This document shows positions 37,136-50,482 of a stretch of 64,000 nt of DNA, one piece after another. The position numbers and the translations under genes are program-made. Where the stretch lies: the NCBI RefSeq assembly GCF_004010195.1, contig NC_057721.1, positions 44,451,040-44,515,039 on the forward strand, written 5' to 3'. Origin of the DNA: Chiloscyllium plagiosum (lineage: Eukaryota). Under the pieces are notes generated by a model. That model saw only the letters and a list, made by a program, of their open reading frames with translations. It made no database searches and had not been told where the DNA came from. The first letter of the stretch is position 1. Every line of letters begins with the position of its first letter.

Positions 37136-39224
37136 CTCTATTAGCCCAGCCACCTCTTAAATGAGCCACCAGAAACCAGTACAAAAAAAGTACTTCTTGT
37201 GAACTGAAAATTAAATTTACATTCTTGATTTGTTAAATTGCAAGTCAGTTGGCAGTTACCTGTGAAGTCAATTGCAAGTTGGTCACCAGCCAAGGGTTAA
37301 TTAGATACTGTGGTTGGAGGCTATAGATATGACATGTATTCTGAGAGTTAGAACACAAAACAGAAAAAAATGTTTACACAAAGAGTTCTGAGACATTTTT
37401 CTTTTAGTATTACTCGTTGACGCTGAAATAATGGTACCCATTTAGGTGGGATTGAATTATGGAGAAAGGGAAATGGAAATGCAATGAGTAAATATGTTCA
37501 TTATTTTCTCACTAGATCAGTAAATGCTGGCATGGACTGATAATGCTGAATAGACTGTTTCACATTCACATTCTAGGTAAAATTAATTGGTCATTTTGTC
37601 ATGTCGCATTACAGACACTATAAGAAATGCAATTTCTCTTTTTTCTAAACTACATTATCCATCAAATCATCAATAACTCATTTTGACTCTTGCCATGGCC
37701 TTAATCCACAGCATATTTTTAAAAAAAGAAACTGGTGTCAACTATCAGTTTTTTAAAAGAGAACTTCTACAGTGTTTTGATTTATAGGCTTGTTGGTGGA
37801 ACATTTGCACAAGCAATTGATAAAGTTTTTTTTGTTGGTATTTACGTAAGGTCTAATAATTATGAATGCTAGGGTGAGTTTCAAAGATACAAATATCTCA
37901 GCGGGGACTCTTTAAGCACATTCTCTATAAAATTAAGAATTAGAAAACAGACAGTGAGATGAGATTGGTTTAGCGACAAATAGGATAGACATGTAACTTA
38001 TAACAGGAGGAATCACCTGAGGGTATCATGATGTAGTTTACTAACATATAAGGTCAGTTACAATAGAATGACAATAAAAGATTAGCAGTTCTTTACTGTT
38101 GTCGTATCCCTGCTTCAGTTGCCTGTCCCTGCCACCCAGTATGAGATCACTTGTAAAGAATAACAGCAGGTTCTTTTTTGCTCATCAGATATTTGGTTGA
38201 AAGATTGCCATCTGTTGCACCTTTCTGTAGTATTATGCACTGTCAATATCTTTAAAAAGATCTGAAATGCCCTTTACTGTTAAAACATGCGGTGAAGCAC
38301 TGGTCTGTAATTTGAAACTAGTTGCACACAATAAAGAGTTGCACACCACTTCAGGCTTTTTTATGGTGCATAGATGTAGATGTAGATCTTGTGGATTACA
38401 GCTGGAGTTGTCAAGTATTATTTAACAACCTGGACATTTGGAAGTTATGAAAGCACTTGACCCAATGAGGTGGACAAATCATTGTAAGTGATAGGTCTCC
38501 ATACTGCATACAGTGCATTGGCAGGAAGGTGTTGGTGTCTTCTGGTATTGGCAGCATCTATGGAGAGAGAAGCAGAGTAATATTTTGAGTCTGGTATGAC
38601 TGTTCCTCAGAATTGTTATCCTAAGGCGAGTGGTTGAGTGGAAGGCTGTGAATTGATATTCGTTGTAAAAGCAATTACCTATTATTGCATAGGAAGCTAT
38701 CCTGAAGCTCTCAATACCAGATAGCATTGCCTACCTTTCCCTTCTTTTCTGGAACACACCGTTTAATAGAAAATTATTTTCTGTCTGAACAAAGAAGAAA
38801 TTTTATGCCCTCATAAAAATCTAGTAACCTTTCTGTAAGAACAGCCCTTTAATGGAACAAACAAGTTATGTGATGATCCATACTCCTCTTAAGCTGGAGT
38901 AAGTTTTAAAGTTTTGAGAAGAAAGTGAGGTCTGCAGATGCTGGAGATCAGAGCTGAAAATGTGTTGCTGGAAAAGCGCAGCAGGTCAGGCAGCATCCAG
39001 GGAACAGGAGAATCAACGTTTCGGGCATAAGTCCTTCTTCAGGAATGAGGAAAGTTTGTCCAGCAGGCTAAGATAAAAGGTAGGGAGGAGGGACTTGGGG
39101 GAGGGGCGTCGGAAATGTGATAGGTGGAAAGAGGGCAAGGTGAGGGTGATAGGTCAGATTGGGGTGGGGGTGGAGAGGTTGGGAAATGAGGAAACAGGTG
39201 AAATCCGAGTTCATCCCTTGTGGT

Positions 39225-39452
39225 TAGAACATAGAACATAGAAGAATACAGCGCAGTACAGGCCCTTTGGCCCTCGATGTTGCGCCGATCCAAGCCCACC
39301 TAACCTATACTAACCCACTATCCTCCATATACCTATCCAATGCCCGCTTAAATGCCCATAAAGAGGGAGAGTCCACCACTGCTACAGGCAGGGCATTCCA
39401 TGAACTTACGACACGCTGAGTGAAGAACCTACCCCTAACTTCAGTCCTATAT
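39225..39452 (-). mobile_element. CR1 3' end inside the Penelope
   Basis: (TAGAACA)n tail at 39225; WNALP/QRVV motifs on the minus strand. Confidence 0.88.
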
Positions 39453-39645
39453 AGTGAGAAGGCTCATCGGGGAATGTGCAGAGTTAATTCAACTTTTCAG
39501 AAAACAAGACCCACAAAACCTTTCAAATGCACATCATTTCCATCTGGTTTCCAAGAATTTGCATTGCAAAGTATTGTGGTGTAGAACCCCACATGTACAC
39601 CCTGCAGTTTTGGAATTATCCACCTTTGTGCATGAAATGGAGTTT

Positions 39646-40037
39646 TAGAACATAAAACAGAAATACAGCGCAGAACAGGCCCTTCAGCCCTCAATGTTGC
39701 GCCGACCTGTGAACTATTCTCAGCTCATCTCCCTACACTATCCCATTATCATCCATGTGCTTATCCAAGGATTGTTTAAATGCCCCTAAAGGCAGGTAAG
39801 GCATTCCATGCCCTTACCACTCTCTGAGTAAACAACCTGTCTCTGACATCTGTCTTAAATCTATCACCACTCAATTTGTAGTTTTGCAAATTACAAGCTG
39901 ACATCATCATTCTAGGAAAAAGACTTCTACTGTCTACCCTACCTAATCCTCTGATCATCTTGTATGTGTCTAGCAAATCCCCTCTTAACCTTCTTCTTTC
40001 CAATGAGAACAGACCCAAGTCTTTCAGCCTTTCCATG
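39646..40037 (-). mobile_element. CR1 3' end inside the Penelope
   Basis: ORF LKDLGLFSLERRRLRGDL...FTQRVVRAWNALP; tail at about 39646. Confidence 0.9.
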
Positions 40038-41436
40038 AGTTCAACACACGGCGTGACATCGAACAATTCTTCCGCCGCCTTCGCCTCCGCACCTACTTCT
40101 TTAACCAAGACTCTCGCACACCTTCTGACGACCCCTTCTCACGCCTCCAACACACCCCATCCACCTGGACACCCCGTGCTGGCCTCCTACCTGCCCTCGA
40201 CCTCTTCATAGCCAACTGCCGCCGCGATATTAACCGCCATCTGAACTCCCCCATTCCTCTCACCCACTCCAACCTCTCACCCTCGGAACGCGCAGCCCTC
40301 CACTCCCTCCGTTGCAACCCCAACCTCACTATCAAACCAGCAGACAAGGGAGGTGCGGTAGTAGTTTGGCACACCGACCTTTACACCGCTGAGGCCAAAC
40401 GCCAGCTCGCAGATACCTCCTCCTACTGCCCCCTTGTCCATGACCCCACCCCCCACCACCAAACCATCATCTCCCAGACCATCCATAACTTCATACACCT
40501 CGGGGGATCACCCATCCACTGCCTCCAACCTCATAGTCCCACAACCCCGCACCTTCCGCTTCTACCTCCTGCCCAAAATCCACAAACCTGACTGCCCCGG
40601 CCGACCCATTGTCTCCGCCTGCTCCTGCCCCACCGAACTCATCTCCGCATACCTTGACACCGTCCTGTCCCCTTTAGTCCAAGAACTCCCCACTTACGTT
40701 CGGGACACCACCCATGCCCTCCACCTGCTCCATGATTTTTGCTTCCACTGTCCCCAACGCCTTATTTTCACCATGGACATCCAGTCCCTGTACACCTCCA
40801 TCCCCCATCACGAAGGACCCAAAGCCCTCCACTTCTTCCTTACCCGCCATACTGACCAGTACCCTTCCACTGACACCCTCCTTCGACTGACTGAACTGGT
40901 CCTCACCCTGAACAACTTCTCTTTCCAATCCTCCCACTTCCTCCAAATGAAAGGAGTAGCCATGGGCACCCGCATGGGCCCCAACTATGCCTGCATCTTC
41001 GTAGGATATGTGGAACAGTCCATCTTCCGCAACTACACTGGCCCCATCCCCCACCTTTTCCTCCGCTACATCGATGACTGTATCGGCGCCGCCTCGTGCT
41101 CCCACGAGGAGGTTGAACAGTTCATCCACTTCACCAACACCTTCCACCCCGACCTCAAATTCACCTGGACAGTCTCAGATTCCTCCCTCCCCTTCCTCAA
41201 CCTTTCTATTTCTATCTCAGGCGACCGAACCAACACGGACATCTACTACAAACCAACCGACTCCCACAGCTACCTGGACTACACCTCCTCCCAACCTGCC
41301 CCCTGTAAAAACGCCATCCCATTCCCAATTCCTTCGACTCCACCGCATCTGCTCCCAGGAGGACCAGTTCCAAAAACGCACATCCCAGATGGCCTCCTTC
41401 TCCAAGGACCGCAATTTCCCCCCCGACATGGTCGAC
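40038..41436 (+). pseudogene. Penelope reverse transcriptase, young, with frameshifts near 40495 and 41320; runs into a gap
   Basis: IKPADKGGAVV, FYLLPKIHK, GRPIVS, TMDIQSLYTSI, KGVAMGTRMGPNYA, RYIDD and SQFLRLHRICS motifs. Confidence 0.93.
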
Positions 41437-41898
41437 NNNNNNNNNNNNNNNNNNNNNNNNNNNNNNNNNNNNNNNNNNNNNNNNNNNNNNNNNNNNNNNN
41501 NNNNNNNNNNNNNNNNNNNNNNNNNNNNNNNNNNNNNNNNNNNNNNNNNNNNNNNNNNNNNNNNNNNNNNNNNNNNNNNNNNNNNNNNNNNNNNNNNNNN
41601 NNNNNNNNNNNNNNNNNNNNNNNNNNNNNNNNNNNNNNNNNNNNNNNNNNNNNNNNNNNNNNNNNNNNNNNNNNNNNNNNNNNNNNNNNNNNNNNNNNNN
41701 NNNNNNNNNNNNNNNNNNNNNNNNNNNNNNNNNNNNNNNNNNNNNNNNNNNNNNNNNNNNNNNNNNNNNNNNNNNNNNNNNNNNNNNNNNNNNNNNNNNN
41801 NNNNNNNNNNNNNNNNNNNNNNNNNNNNNNNNNNNNNNNNNNNNNNNNNNNNNNNNNNNNNNNNNNNNNNNNNNNNNNNNNNNNNNNNNNNNNNNNNN
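41437..41898. other. Assembly gap (N)
   Basis: Run of N. Confidence 1.
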
Positions 41899-42859
41899 AC
41901 GACGGTTGGAGGAAGAGTGCCTCATCTTCCGCCTAGGATCCCTCCAACCACAAGGGATGAACTCGGATTTCACCAGTTTCCTAATTTCCCCTCCCCCCCC
42001 CTTGTCTCAGTCAAATCCATCGAATTCAGCACCGCCTTCCTAACCTGCAATCTTCTTCCTGACCTCTCCGCCCCCACCCCAGTCTGACCTATCACCCTCA
42101 CCTTGACCTCTTTCCACCTATCACATTTCTGACGCCCCTCCTCCCTACCTTTTATCTTAGCCTGCTGGACAAACTTTCCTCATTCCTGAAGAAGGACTTA
42201 TGCACGAAACGTCGATTCTCCTGTTCCCTGGATGCTGCCTGACCTGCGCTTTTCCAGCAACATATTTTCAGCTAAGTTTTAAAGTTGTACAGCAGCATAC
42301 CCTGAACTGGACAGGATCACAGAAAAAAGTGTTTTATGTTGCTAAATCTTTCTGAGGCTTAGGTTAACTCATCGTTTTAGAAAGTTGGAAATCCCAGCCA
42401 ACTTGGCCACAGATCCAATTCAAAAATCCAGATTGGAATATCTGTTACATGGAAATGTTTGACAGTTGTTAGATCCCATTCAATTAACCATGCACAATTG
42501 GAATTTGGAAGCAGGCTCAATTTGGAAGTTTTGTTCATTTGTGTCTTTCCTAACAAAATAATTAAACTGTACTTGAAGTTAATGGAATTTCATCAAAATT
42601 ACTGTCCATAGGCATGACTGTCTGCAATGGATTTCTTGAGAAGGGAAAATCAGAAACATGTTTCAAGATTGCAGCTGTGCACAACTCACTAACTGCCCAT
42701 CTGTAACATTTTTATTGCAGTTCTAAATGAGGGATTAACATCAGCACTTGAATATTATGGCTTAACTCTCAATGCATCTATAGAATCTCATTTGCAAGGC
42801 AATGTCAGGTGCTTTTGGTTTTATTATTTGTGGACAAAGGTGTTAATGTTATACATAAA

Positions 42860-45470
42860 CCCTTCCAGCCTTGGTTCAAACATGAACAAGATAGCTGAGG
42901 TGAGATTGACAGCCCTTGACATCAAGGCCACATTCAGCCGAGTGTGACGTCAAGACCCTGAATCAATGCATACTGGGGAAAACTCTCTGCTGGTTGTCCC
43001 AACCATTTTCAGTTGCTTCATTAATGACCTTCCCTCTCTCATAAGTCAAAAGTGGGAATATTGACTGATGATTGCACACAGTGTTCATATTATTCACTAC
43101 TCCTCACATACTGAAGCATTCCATATCCAAATGCAATAGATCTGGACATTTTCCATGTTTGGTCTGACAAGTGGCAAGTAACATTCATGCCACACAAAAG
43201 CCAGGCTATGACCATCACCAGTTAGAAACAATCTAATCACAGCCCCTTGACATTCAATGGTATTACCTAGACTGTCAACATCTTTGGGGATACTATTGAC
43301 CAGAAACTCAACTGGACTCACTGCAAAAAAAAACAGTGGCTTTAAGAGCAGGTCAAAGGCTAGGAATACTGCGGCAAGTAAGTCACCTTCTGACTCCCCA
43401 AAGCCTGTTCACAATCTATAAGGCACAAATCAGAACTGTGATGGAATACTTCCCTCTTGCCTGGAGGGGTGCAGCTCCAACAACACTCAAGAAGTTGACC
43501 ACCATCCAGGACAAAGTAGCCCACTTGATTGGCACCACATTCTAAAAGCATCCATTCCCTCCACCACCAACATTCAGTAGCAGTAGTGTGTACTACCTAC
43601 AAGATGCACCGCAGAAATTCACCAAAGATCCTCAGGCAAAACCTTCGAAACCCATGACCATTTCCATCTAGAAAACAAGGGCAGCAGATACATGGGAAAA
43701 GTTCCTTCAAAGCCACTCACCATCCTGACTTGGAATATACATGGATTTGGAAAGGCAAGGACTGATTAGGGGTAGTCAATATGGCTTTGTGCGTGGGAAA
43801 TCGTGCCACACTAAATTGAGTTTTTTTTAAACAGTTACAAAGAGGACTGATGAAGGAAGAATGGTGGATATGATCTACATGGACTTCAGTTTGTGAAGGT
43901 TCTGGATGGTAGACTGGTTAGCAAGTTTAGATCACATGGAATTCAGGGAAAACAAGCCATTTGGATACAGAACTAGCTCAAAGATAGGGTAATGGTAGAG
44001 GGTTGCTTTTCAGACTGTGACCGGCAGTGTGCCACAAGGATCGGTGCTGTGTTCATTACTTTTTGTCATTTATATAAATGATTTGGAGGTGAATGTAAGA
44101 GATGTGGTTAGTAAGTTTGCAGATGACACCAAAATTAGTGTAGTGGACACCAAAGAAGGTTACCTCAGGGTAGAAAGACAACTTGATCAGATGGGCCAAT
44201 GGACTGTGGAGTGGCAGATGAAGTTTAATTCAGAAAAATGTGAGGTGCTATATTTGGGATATGGGCCAAATGTAGCAAATGGGACTAGATTAATTTAGCA
44301 TGTCTAGTTGGCATGGACGAGTTCGACCAAAGAGTCTGTTTCTGGGCTGTACAATTCTATGACTCTATATCACTGTTTTTAAATATCACTGGAACAAAAT
44401 TTAGGAAAGACAAATCAGGGCAGAGCTTATACACTGAATAGAATGGCTCTGGAGAGTGCTGCTGAACAAAGAGACCTTGGAATGCAGGTTCATAGTTCCT
44501 TCAAAGTAGAGTTGCAGGTAACGAGGATAGTGAAGAAGGCATTTGGTATGCGTTCCTTTATTGGTCAGTGCATTGAGTATAGGAGTTTGGATGTTATGTT
44601 GCAGCTGTACTGGACATTAGTTAGGCATTACTTCTGAAATACTGCATTCAATTCTGGTCTCTTTGCTACAGGAAGGATATTGTTAAACTTGAACAGGTTC
44701 AGAAAAGATTTACAAGAAATTTGCCAGAGTTGAAGGGTTTGAGCTATGGAGAGAGGCTGAATAGAATGGGGCTATTTTCTCCCCAGCATTGGAGGCTGAG
44801 AGGTGACTTTATAGAGGTTTATAAAATGATGAGGGGCATGGATAGGATGAAGAGCTAAGGTCTTTTCCCCAGGGTTGCGGAGTCCAAACCTAGAGGCCAT
44901 AGGTTTAAGGTGAGAGGGGAACAACATAAAAGGGACCCAAAGGACAACTTTTTCACACAGAGGGTGATACATATATGGAATGAACTGTCAGAGGAAGTGG
45001 TGGATCCAGTTACAATTACAAAATGTAAAAGGCATCAGGATGGGTATTTGAATAGGAAGGGTTTGGAGGAATATGGGCCAAATGTTGGCAAACCTGACTA
45101 GATTTATTTAGGATATCTGGCTGGCATGGATGAGCTGGGCTAAAGGGTTTGTTTCCATGCTATATAGCCCTATGACTCTATATCACCGTTGCCTCACTGT
45201 TATTGGGACTAATTCTGGAATTCCCTCCGTAACCATTTTTTAATTTATTCATTTTATGGGATGTGGGCGTTGCTGGTTGGCCGGCATTTATTGCCCGTCC
45301 CTAGTTGCCCTTGAAAAGGTAATGGAGAGCTGCATCCTTGTACTGCTGCAGCATGGACTATAACAGGTCAAGAAGACAGCTCACCACCACCTTCTCAAGG
45401 GCAATTAGGGACAGGCAATAAATGCTGACCAGCCAGTGACATCCACATCCCACAACTAAATTAAAAAAAA
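42860..45470 (+). mobile_element. CR1/L2-clade LINE (family B) interrupted by a CR1
   Basis: ORF RAGQRLGILRQV...YKAQIRTVMEY...IQDKVAHLIG; 3' end with poly-A at about 45463-45472. Confidence 0.85.
43737..45180 (+). mobile_element. CR1 RT and 3' end, with an extra internal CR1 3' end at about 44256-44368
   Basis: VPQGSVLCSLLF, SKFADDTK and NFFTQRVIHIWNEL motifs; tail ctatgactcta. Confidence 0.9.
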
Positions 45471-45789
45471 AAATTATTTGAGAATTAGTCATCACTTACC
45501 TTTGCAATCTCAGGTCATTTTTAAAAAAAATCATTGCACTGTGCTATTCTTTACTGTAGCGTTTTGTAGCATTCCTGAGTAAAAAGCAAATGAAGGTAAC
45601 ACCCATTAGACCAAGATAAAATGGACCATCATTTTATTTTATGTAACTAAATATTGGTAATTTCATAAATTTTTCACATTCTGCTTTACTTCCTTCTGAA
45701 CGCATTTTGCTTTATTTACTGTCATGAGTTCAGAGTACTGAATACAGTAACAACTTCAATCCACTCTGTGTTTTCATTACAATTCAGAA

Positions 45790-46245
45790 GCAGAAATTGA
45801 TGGAAAAACTCTGCAGCACCATCCTAATACCATTTGTGAAGAGAAAACAGAGTTAATGCTTCTACTCTGGTGAACGTTCTTCAGAGCTGCTTGTAGCTAG
45901 CAAAAAGTCGGCATATATTCTGAAGATGGAGTGGGGAGTGGGGGGAGAAGTAAACAGTAGGTGGGGTGGAGCCCAGAGAGTGAGAACAACAGTCGGGCTG
46001 AGAAAGGACTGGATAATCGTCAGCCTAGGAAAATGAATAGCAGCTAATTGGGACTGTTGTAACTGACAGCTTGTATAATGACAGCACCTGGTGTGTGGGG
46101 ACTGGGATAAGGACATGGAAGAAAGTACTCGGATTCTAAAATCATTGAACTCGATATTGAGTCCAGAAGGCTGTAGGGTTCTCAAGAAGAAAATGAGATG
46201 CTATATTCAGATAATTGGATTCTGATTTCTAGAATCCGCAATTCT
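45790..46245 (-). mobile_element. Penelope 3' region/pLTR remnant
   Basis: LRTLQPSGLNIEF-like C-terminus on the minus strand. Confidence 0.6.
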
Positions 46246-48527
46246 TTGTTATTTTTTCATTACAAAGATTCCTTGGAGATAAATTCTGTTTATTTTTCAT
46301 GGCTCAGTGCAGTGGATGAGTGATATGGTAAAGCTCACTTGAAAAAATTCCCAATGTATAAGCATAAGAATGCTGAAAGAAAGGTTCAGATGCTTGGGTA
46401 GTTCGTGCAAGTCCCTCTGGTATGCCCCTGTCTATTATGTGTTGCAACATTATCCAACCCAGTGAAACCTTCAATTTGTTATGCTGGAGAAAGATTGCAA
46501 TACAGATGCTGATCCCATAGAGAGAGAACATGAAGTGTAAAAGGATGCAGGTGAATCAACACAACTGGAGAGACTGTGGTTTATTTTGTACTCGTTCACT
46601 GAAGTATACAGTTTTGCTTGTCAACAAACACTTACAAAGAGACTCTGTGCTGCCCAACCAGTCTTTACAACAAGGGAGTAAGTGAAGTGCACAAATAAAC
46701 TATTAGTTACTAAAAAGTTTGAAACCTTTGGGAGAAATAGTCACCTCCTGAATGAGGCATGAGCAGTGGTGAAAAAGGAAGGGAAAGATGAAGATAATAT
46801 TTGAAAATTTGAAGTCAAGAGAAAAGTTATGAGCTCCTTAAATGCCTGTGCCAGCCAATGCCCAAATGCTTCCTCCCAGCAACTATTCCATTTTACACTC
46901 CATGGTCGCTATCCTCCTCCACGTAGGTCCACAGAGGTCATTATGGACAAACAACCAGCCTCACCACATCATCATGCTTGTAACTCACACACCACTACAG
47001 CCACTTAACAGTTCACTTTGGAGCTCAAGGGCACCAATCACCTGCATGTTTCTGTCTAGTCACTTTACGCAGAGGGTCAGACATGTGCATCTACAAAGGA
47101 TACATCTTATGGCTTTCAGCTTCCTTTATTAGTATCTATTCACTTTGGGGTCTGTCACACTCTATATACTTCACATGGCTTTCTTAGCCCACACTCACTG
47201 ACTTTCAGCACTGATTTACAGGCTACCAGCCTCTATCTGTTGGTCATATTGCTTTCAACTTCACAGGTCTTTAGTGCTCAGTTACAAGGCTACCAGCTTC
47301 TGTTGCTTGTATTGCCTTTAACCACAGAATGAGGTAGGCAGCTTGTGACAGTGGGGAACTCTGAACAAACAAGGAAGTGGTTATGTCGCTTTCTGGTACC
47401 ATATGACCATATCAATGTTGCAAGTGTTAGCAGTTTATATGGCAAATACATGTGCTTTGAACAAATGGTGTTGTGTGGCAGTCAAAACGATGCATACTTC
47501 ACCGCAGTGAAGGGGGGCAGTAACCAGTCAAGGGGTACCGCCAAAGGCAGAATGGGGTCAGTTCAGCACATAGTCCTACCAGAGTCCAGAGATCCATGTC
47601 CCTGCAGTCCAGGGATTAGACCACAAATAGTTCTGCAGATCGAGTGCCACCAGTCCGGGGGCTGTGAGTAGATCATTCAGGTGTTGTGGAAACATCAGCC
47701 TGTGGGGTGGGAGGGTATATCTTTTCCTGCTTGAATCAAAGAGAGGCATTGGTTGTGATGGAAGTGCATTAAGGAGCAGTGGGTGATGTTGCACAAACAG
47801 AAGAGATGTTGTTATGTCGCCATTGCATCAGTAGGAAGCACAGAGGGCAGGAAGGCTTGGTATCCTGGGAGATGGAGCTTGGCTAAATGGATATGATGCA
47901 TGCAATATTGAGAGTTATAGTCCATGAGTCTTGGTGAGAGACATGTTTACTGGTAGAATTAGAGTAAGTGCTGGCTTACGAGAGGGAGGTGGCAGATGAT
48001 AACATTCAGTATTGCAGATTGCAAAAGATCACTGACCCTTTTCCTGCCCTGCTGGATGTCTCAAATCCCCCAGAACAAAGCACTGACCCGGGCTGCAATT
48101 TATATTCAGAACTGGCTTGGTTTAGTCTCTTGTGGTGATCCGGAGGAGAAAAAGGCTTCCCATCTTTCTACCACTCCATTCGTGTAATCTGCAGTACTCC
48201 CACCTAAACCGAGTACCCCAAATACAAATAGAGATCCTAACTTGATCAAAACCACAATAATGCATGATGTTCGTTTGTTGTGGCAAAACATCCAAAGGTC
48301 ACCAACTGCTTGTTTAGTCCCTGGGCCTTCTCTCAGTTTAGTCCACTCCACTCTAATAGCAAACATTAAACTCTTAGACTCTTTGAGCTCTGTAATTAAC
48401 CCGGCAACAGTTCACCAAATGTACTATATTGCTGATTATCAGACATGTTTTCTGGGCTCAAAATGTAAGTGATGAGCAAAGTGAGAGTCAAAGGCCACTG
48501 CAAGCTTTATAAGGGTCTGATGTCATT

Positions 48528-50482
48528 TAGAGTCATAGAGTCATAGAGATGTACAGCATGGAAACAGACCCTTCGGTCCAACCAGTCCACGCCGACCAGA
48601 TATCCCAACCCAATCTAGTCCCANNNNNNNNNNNNNNNNNNNNNNNNNNNNNNNNNNNNNNNNNNNNNNNNNNNNNNNNNNNNNNNNNNNNNNNNNNNNN
48701 NNNNNNNNNNNNNNNNNNNNNNNNNNNNNNNNNNNNNNNNNNNNNNNNNNNNNNNNNNNNNNNNNNNNNNNNNNNNNNNNNCCCTCATAATTTTGTAAAC
48801 CTCTATAAGATCACCCCTCAGCCTCCGAAAATAGCCCCAGCCTGTTCAGCCTCTCCGTCGCTCAAATCCTCCAACCCTGGCAACATCCTTGTAAATCTTT
48901 TCTGAACCCTTTCAAGTTTCACAACATCTTTCCGATAGGAAGGAGACCAGAATTGCATGCAATATTCCAACAGTGGCCTAACCAATGTCTTGTACAGCCG
49001 CAACATGACCACCCAACCCCTGTACTCAATACCCTGACCAATAAAGGAAAGCATACCAAGCATCATCTTCACTATCCTATCTACCTGCGACTCCACTTTC
49101 AAGGATTTATGAACATGCATTCCAAGGTCTGTTTGTTCAGCAACACTCCCTAGAACCTTACAATTAAGTGTATAAGTCCTGCTAAGATTTGCTTTCCCAA
49201 AATGTAGCACCTCGCATTTATCTGAATTAAACTCCATCTGCCACTTCTCAGCCCATTGGCCCATCTGGTCAAGATCCTGTTGTAATCTGAGGTAACCCTC
49301 TTCGCTGTCCACTACACCTCCAATTTTGGTATCATCTGCAAACTTACTAACTGTACCTCTTGTGCTCGCATCCAAATCATTTATGCAAATGACAAAAAGT
49401 AGAGGACCCAGCACCGATCCTTGTGGCACTCCATTGGTCACAGGCCTCCAGTCTGAAAAACAACCCTCGACCACTACCCTCTGTCTTCTTCCTTTGAACC
49501 AGTTCTGTATCCAAATGGCTGGTTTTCCCTGTATTCCATGAGAAGTAACCTTGCGAATCAATCTCCCATGGGGAACCTTGTCGAATGCCTTACTGAAATC
49601 CATATAGAACACATCCACCACTCTGCCCTCATCAATCCTCTTTGTTACTTCCTCAAAAGACTTAATCAAGGTTGTGAGACATGATTTTCCACGCACAAAA
49701 CTATGTTGACTATCCCTAATCAGTCCTTGCCTTTCCAAATACATGTACATCCTATTCCTCAGGATTCCCTCCAACAACATGCCCACCACCGATGTCAGGC
49801 TCACTGGTCTGTAGTTCCCTGGCTTGTCTTTAGCACCCTTCCTAAACAGTGGCATCATGTTAGCCAACCTCCAGTCCTCCAGCACCTCATCTGTGACTAT
49901 CGATGATACAAATATCTCAGCAAGAGGCCCAGCAATCACTTCTCTAGCTTCCCACAGAGTTCTAGGGTACACCTGACAAGGTCCTGGGGATTTATCCACC
50001 TTTATGCGTTTCAAGACATCTAGCACTTCCTCCTCTGTAATATGGACATTTTGCAAGGTGTCACCATCTATTTCCCTACATTCTATATCTTCCATATCCT
50101 TTTCCACACTAAATACTGATGCAAAATAATTATTTAGTATCTCCCCCATTTTCTACAGCTCCACACAAAGGTCACCTTGCTGATCTTTGAGGGGCCCTAT
50201 TTTCTCCCTGGTTACCTTTTTGTCCTTAATGTATTTGTAAAAACCCTTTGGATTCTCCTTAATCTATTTGCCAAAGCTATCTCATGTCCCCTTTTTGCCC
50301 TCCTGACTTCCCTCTTAAGTATACTCCTACTGCCTTTATACTCTTCTAAGGATTCACTCAATCTATCCTGTCCATACCTTCCATATATTCCCTTCTTTTT
50401 CTTAACCAAACCTTCAATTTCATTAGTCATCCAGCATTCCCTATACCTACCAGCCTTTCCTTTCACCCTAACAGGAATATAC
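48528..50482 (-). mobile_element. CR1 LINE with a nearly intact RT ORF (48818-50149, 443 aa)
   Basis: [34 protein letters not shown] and KFADDTK motifs; (AGAGTCAT)n tail at about 48528. Confidence 0.96.
48624..48781. other. Assembly gap (N)
   Basis: Run of N. Confidence 1.

Larger units (their letters stand above)
38914..42272 (+). mobile_element. Penelope element with an inverted 5' pLTR, RT and internal cargo; 14-bp TSD
   Basis: TSD TAAGTTTTAAAGTT at 38900-38913 and 42273-42286. About 38950-39224 is the inverted copy of about 41945-42272. Confidence 0.9.

Noticed and set aside
40434-42087. 500-aa and 359-aa ORFs as intact genes
   Set aside because: Their lengths are inflated by the N gap. 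The real part is a frameshifted Penelope RT.
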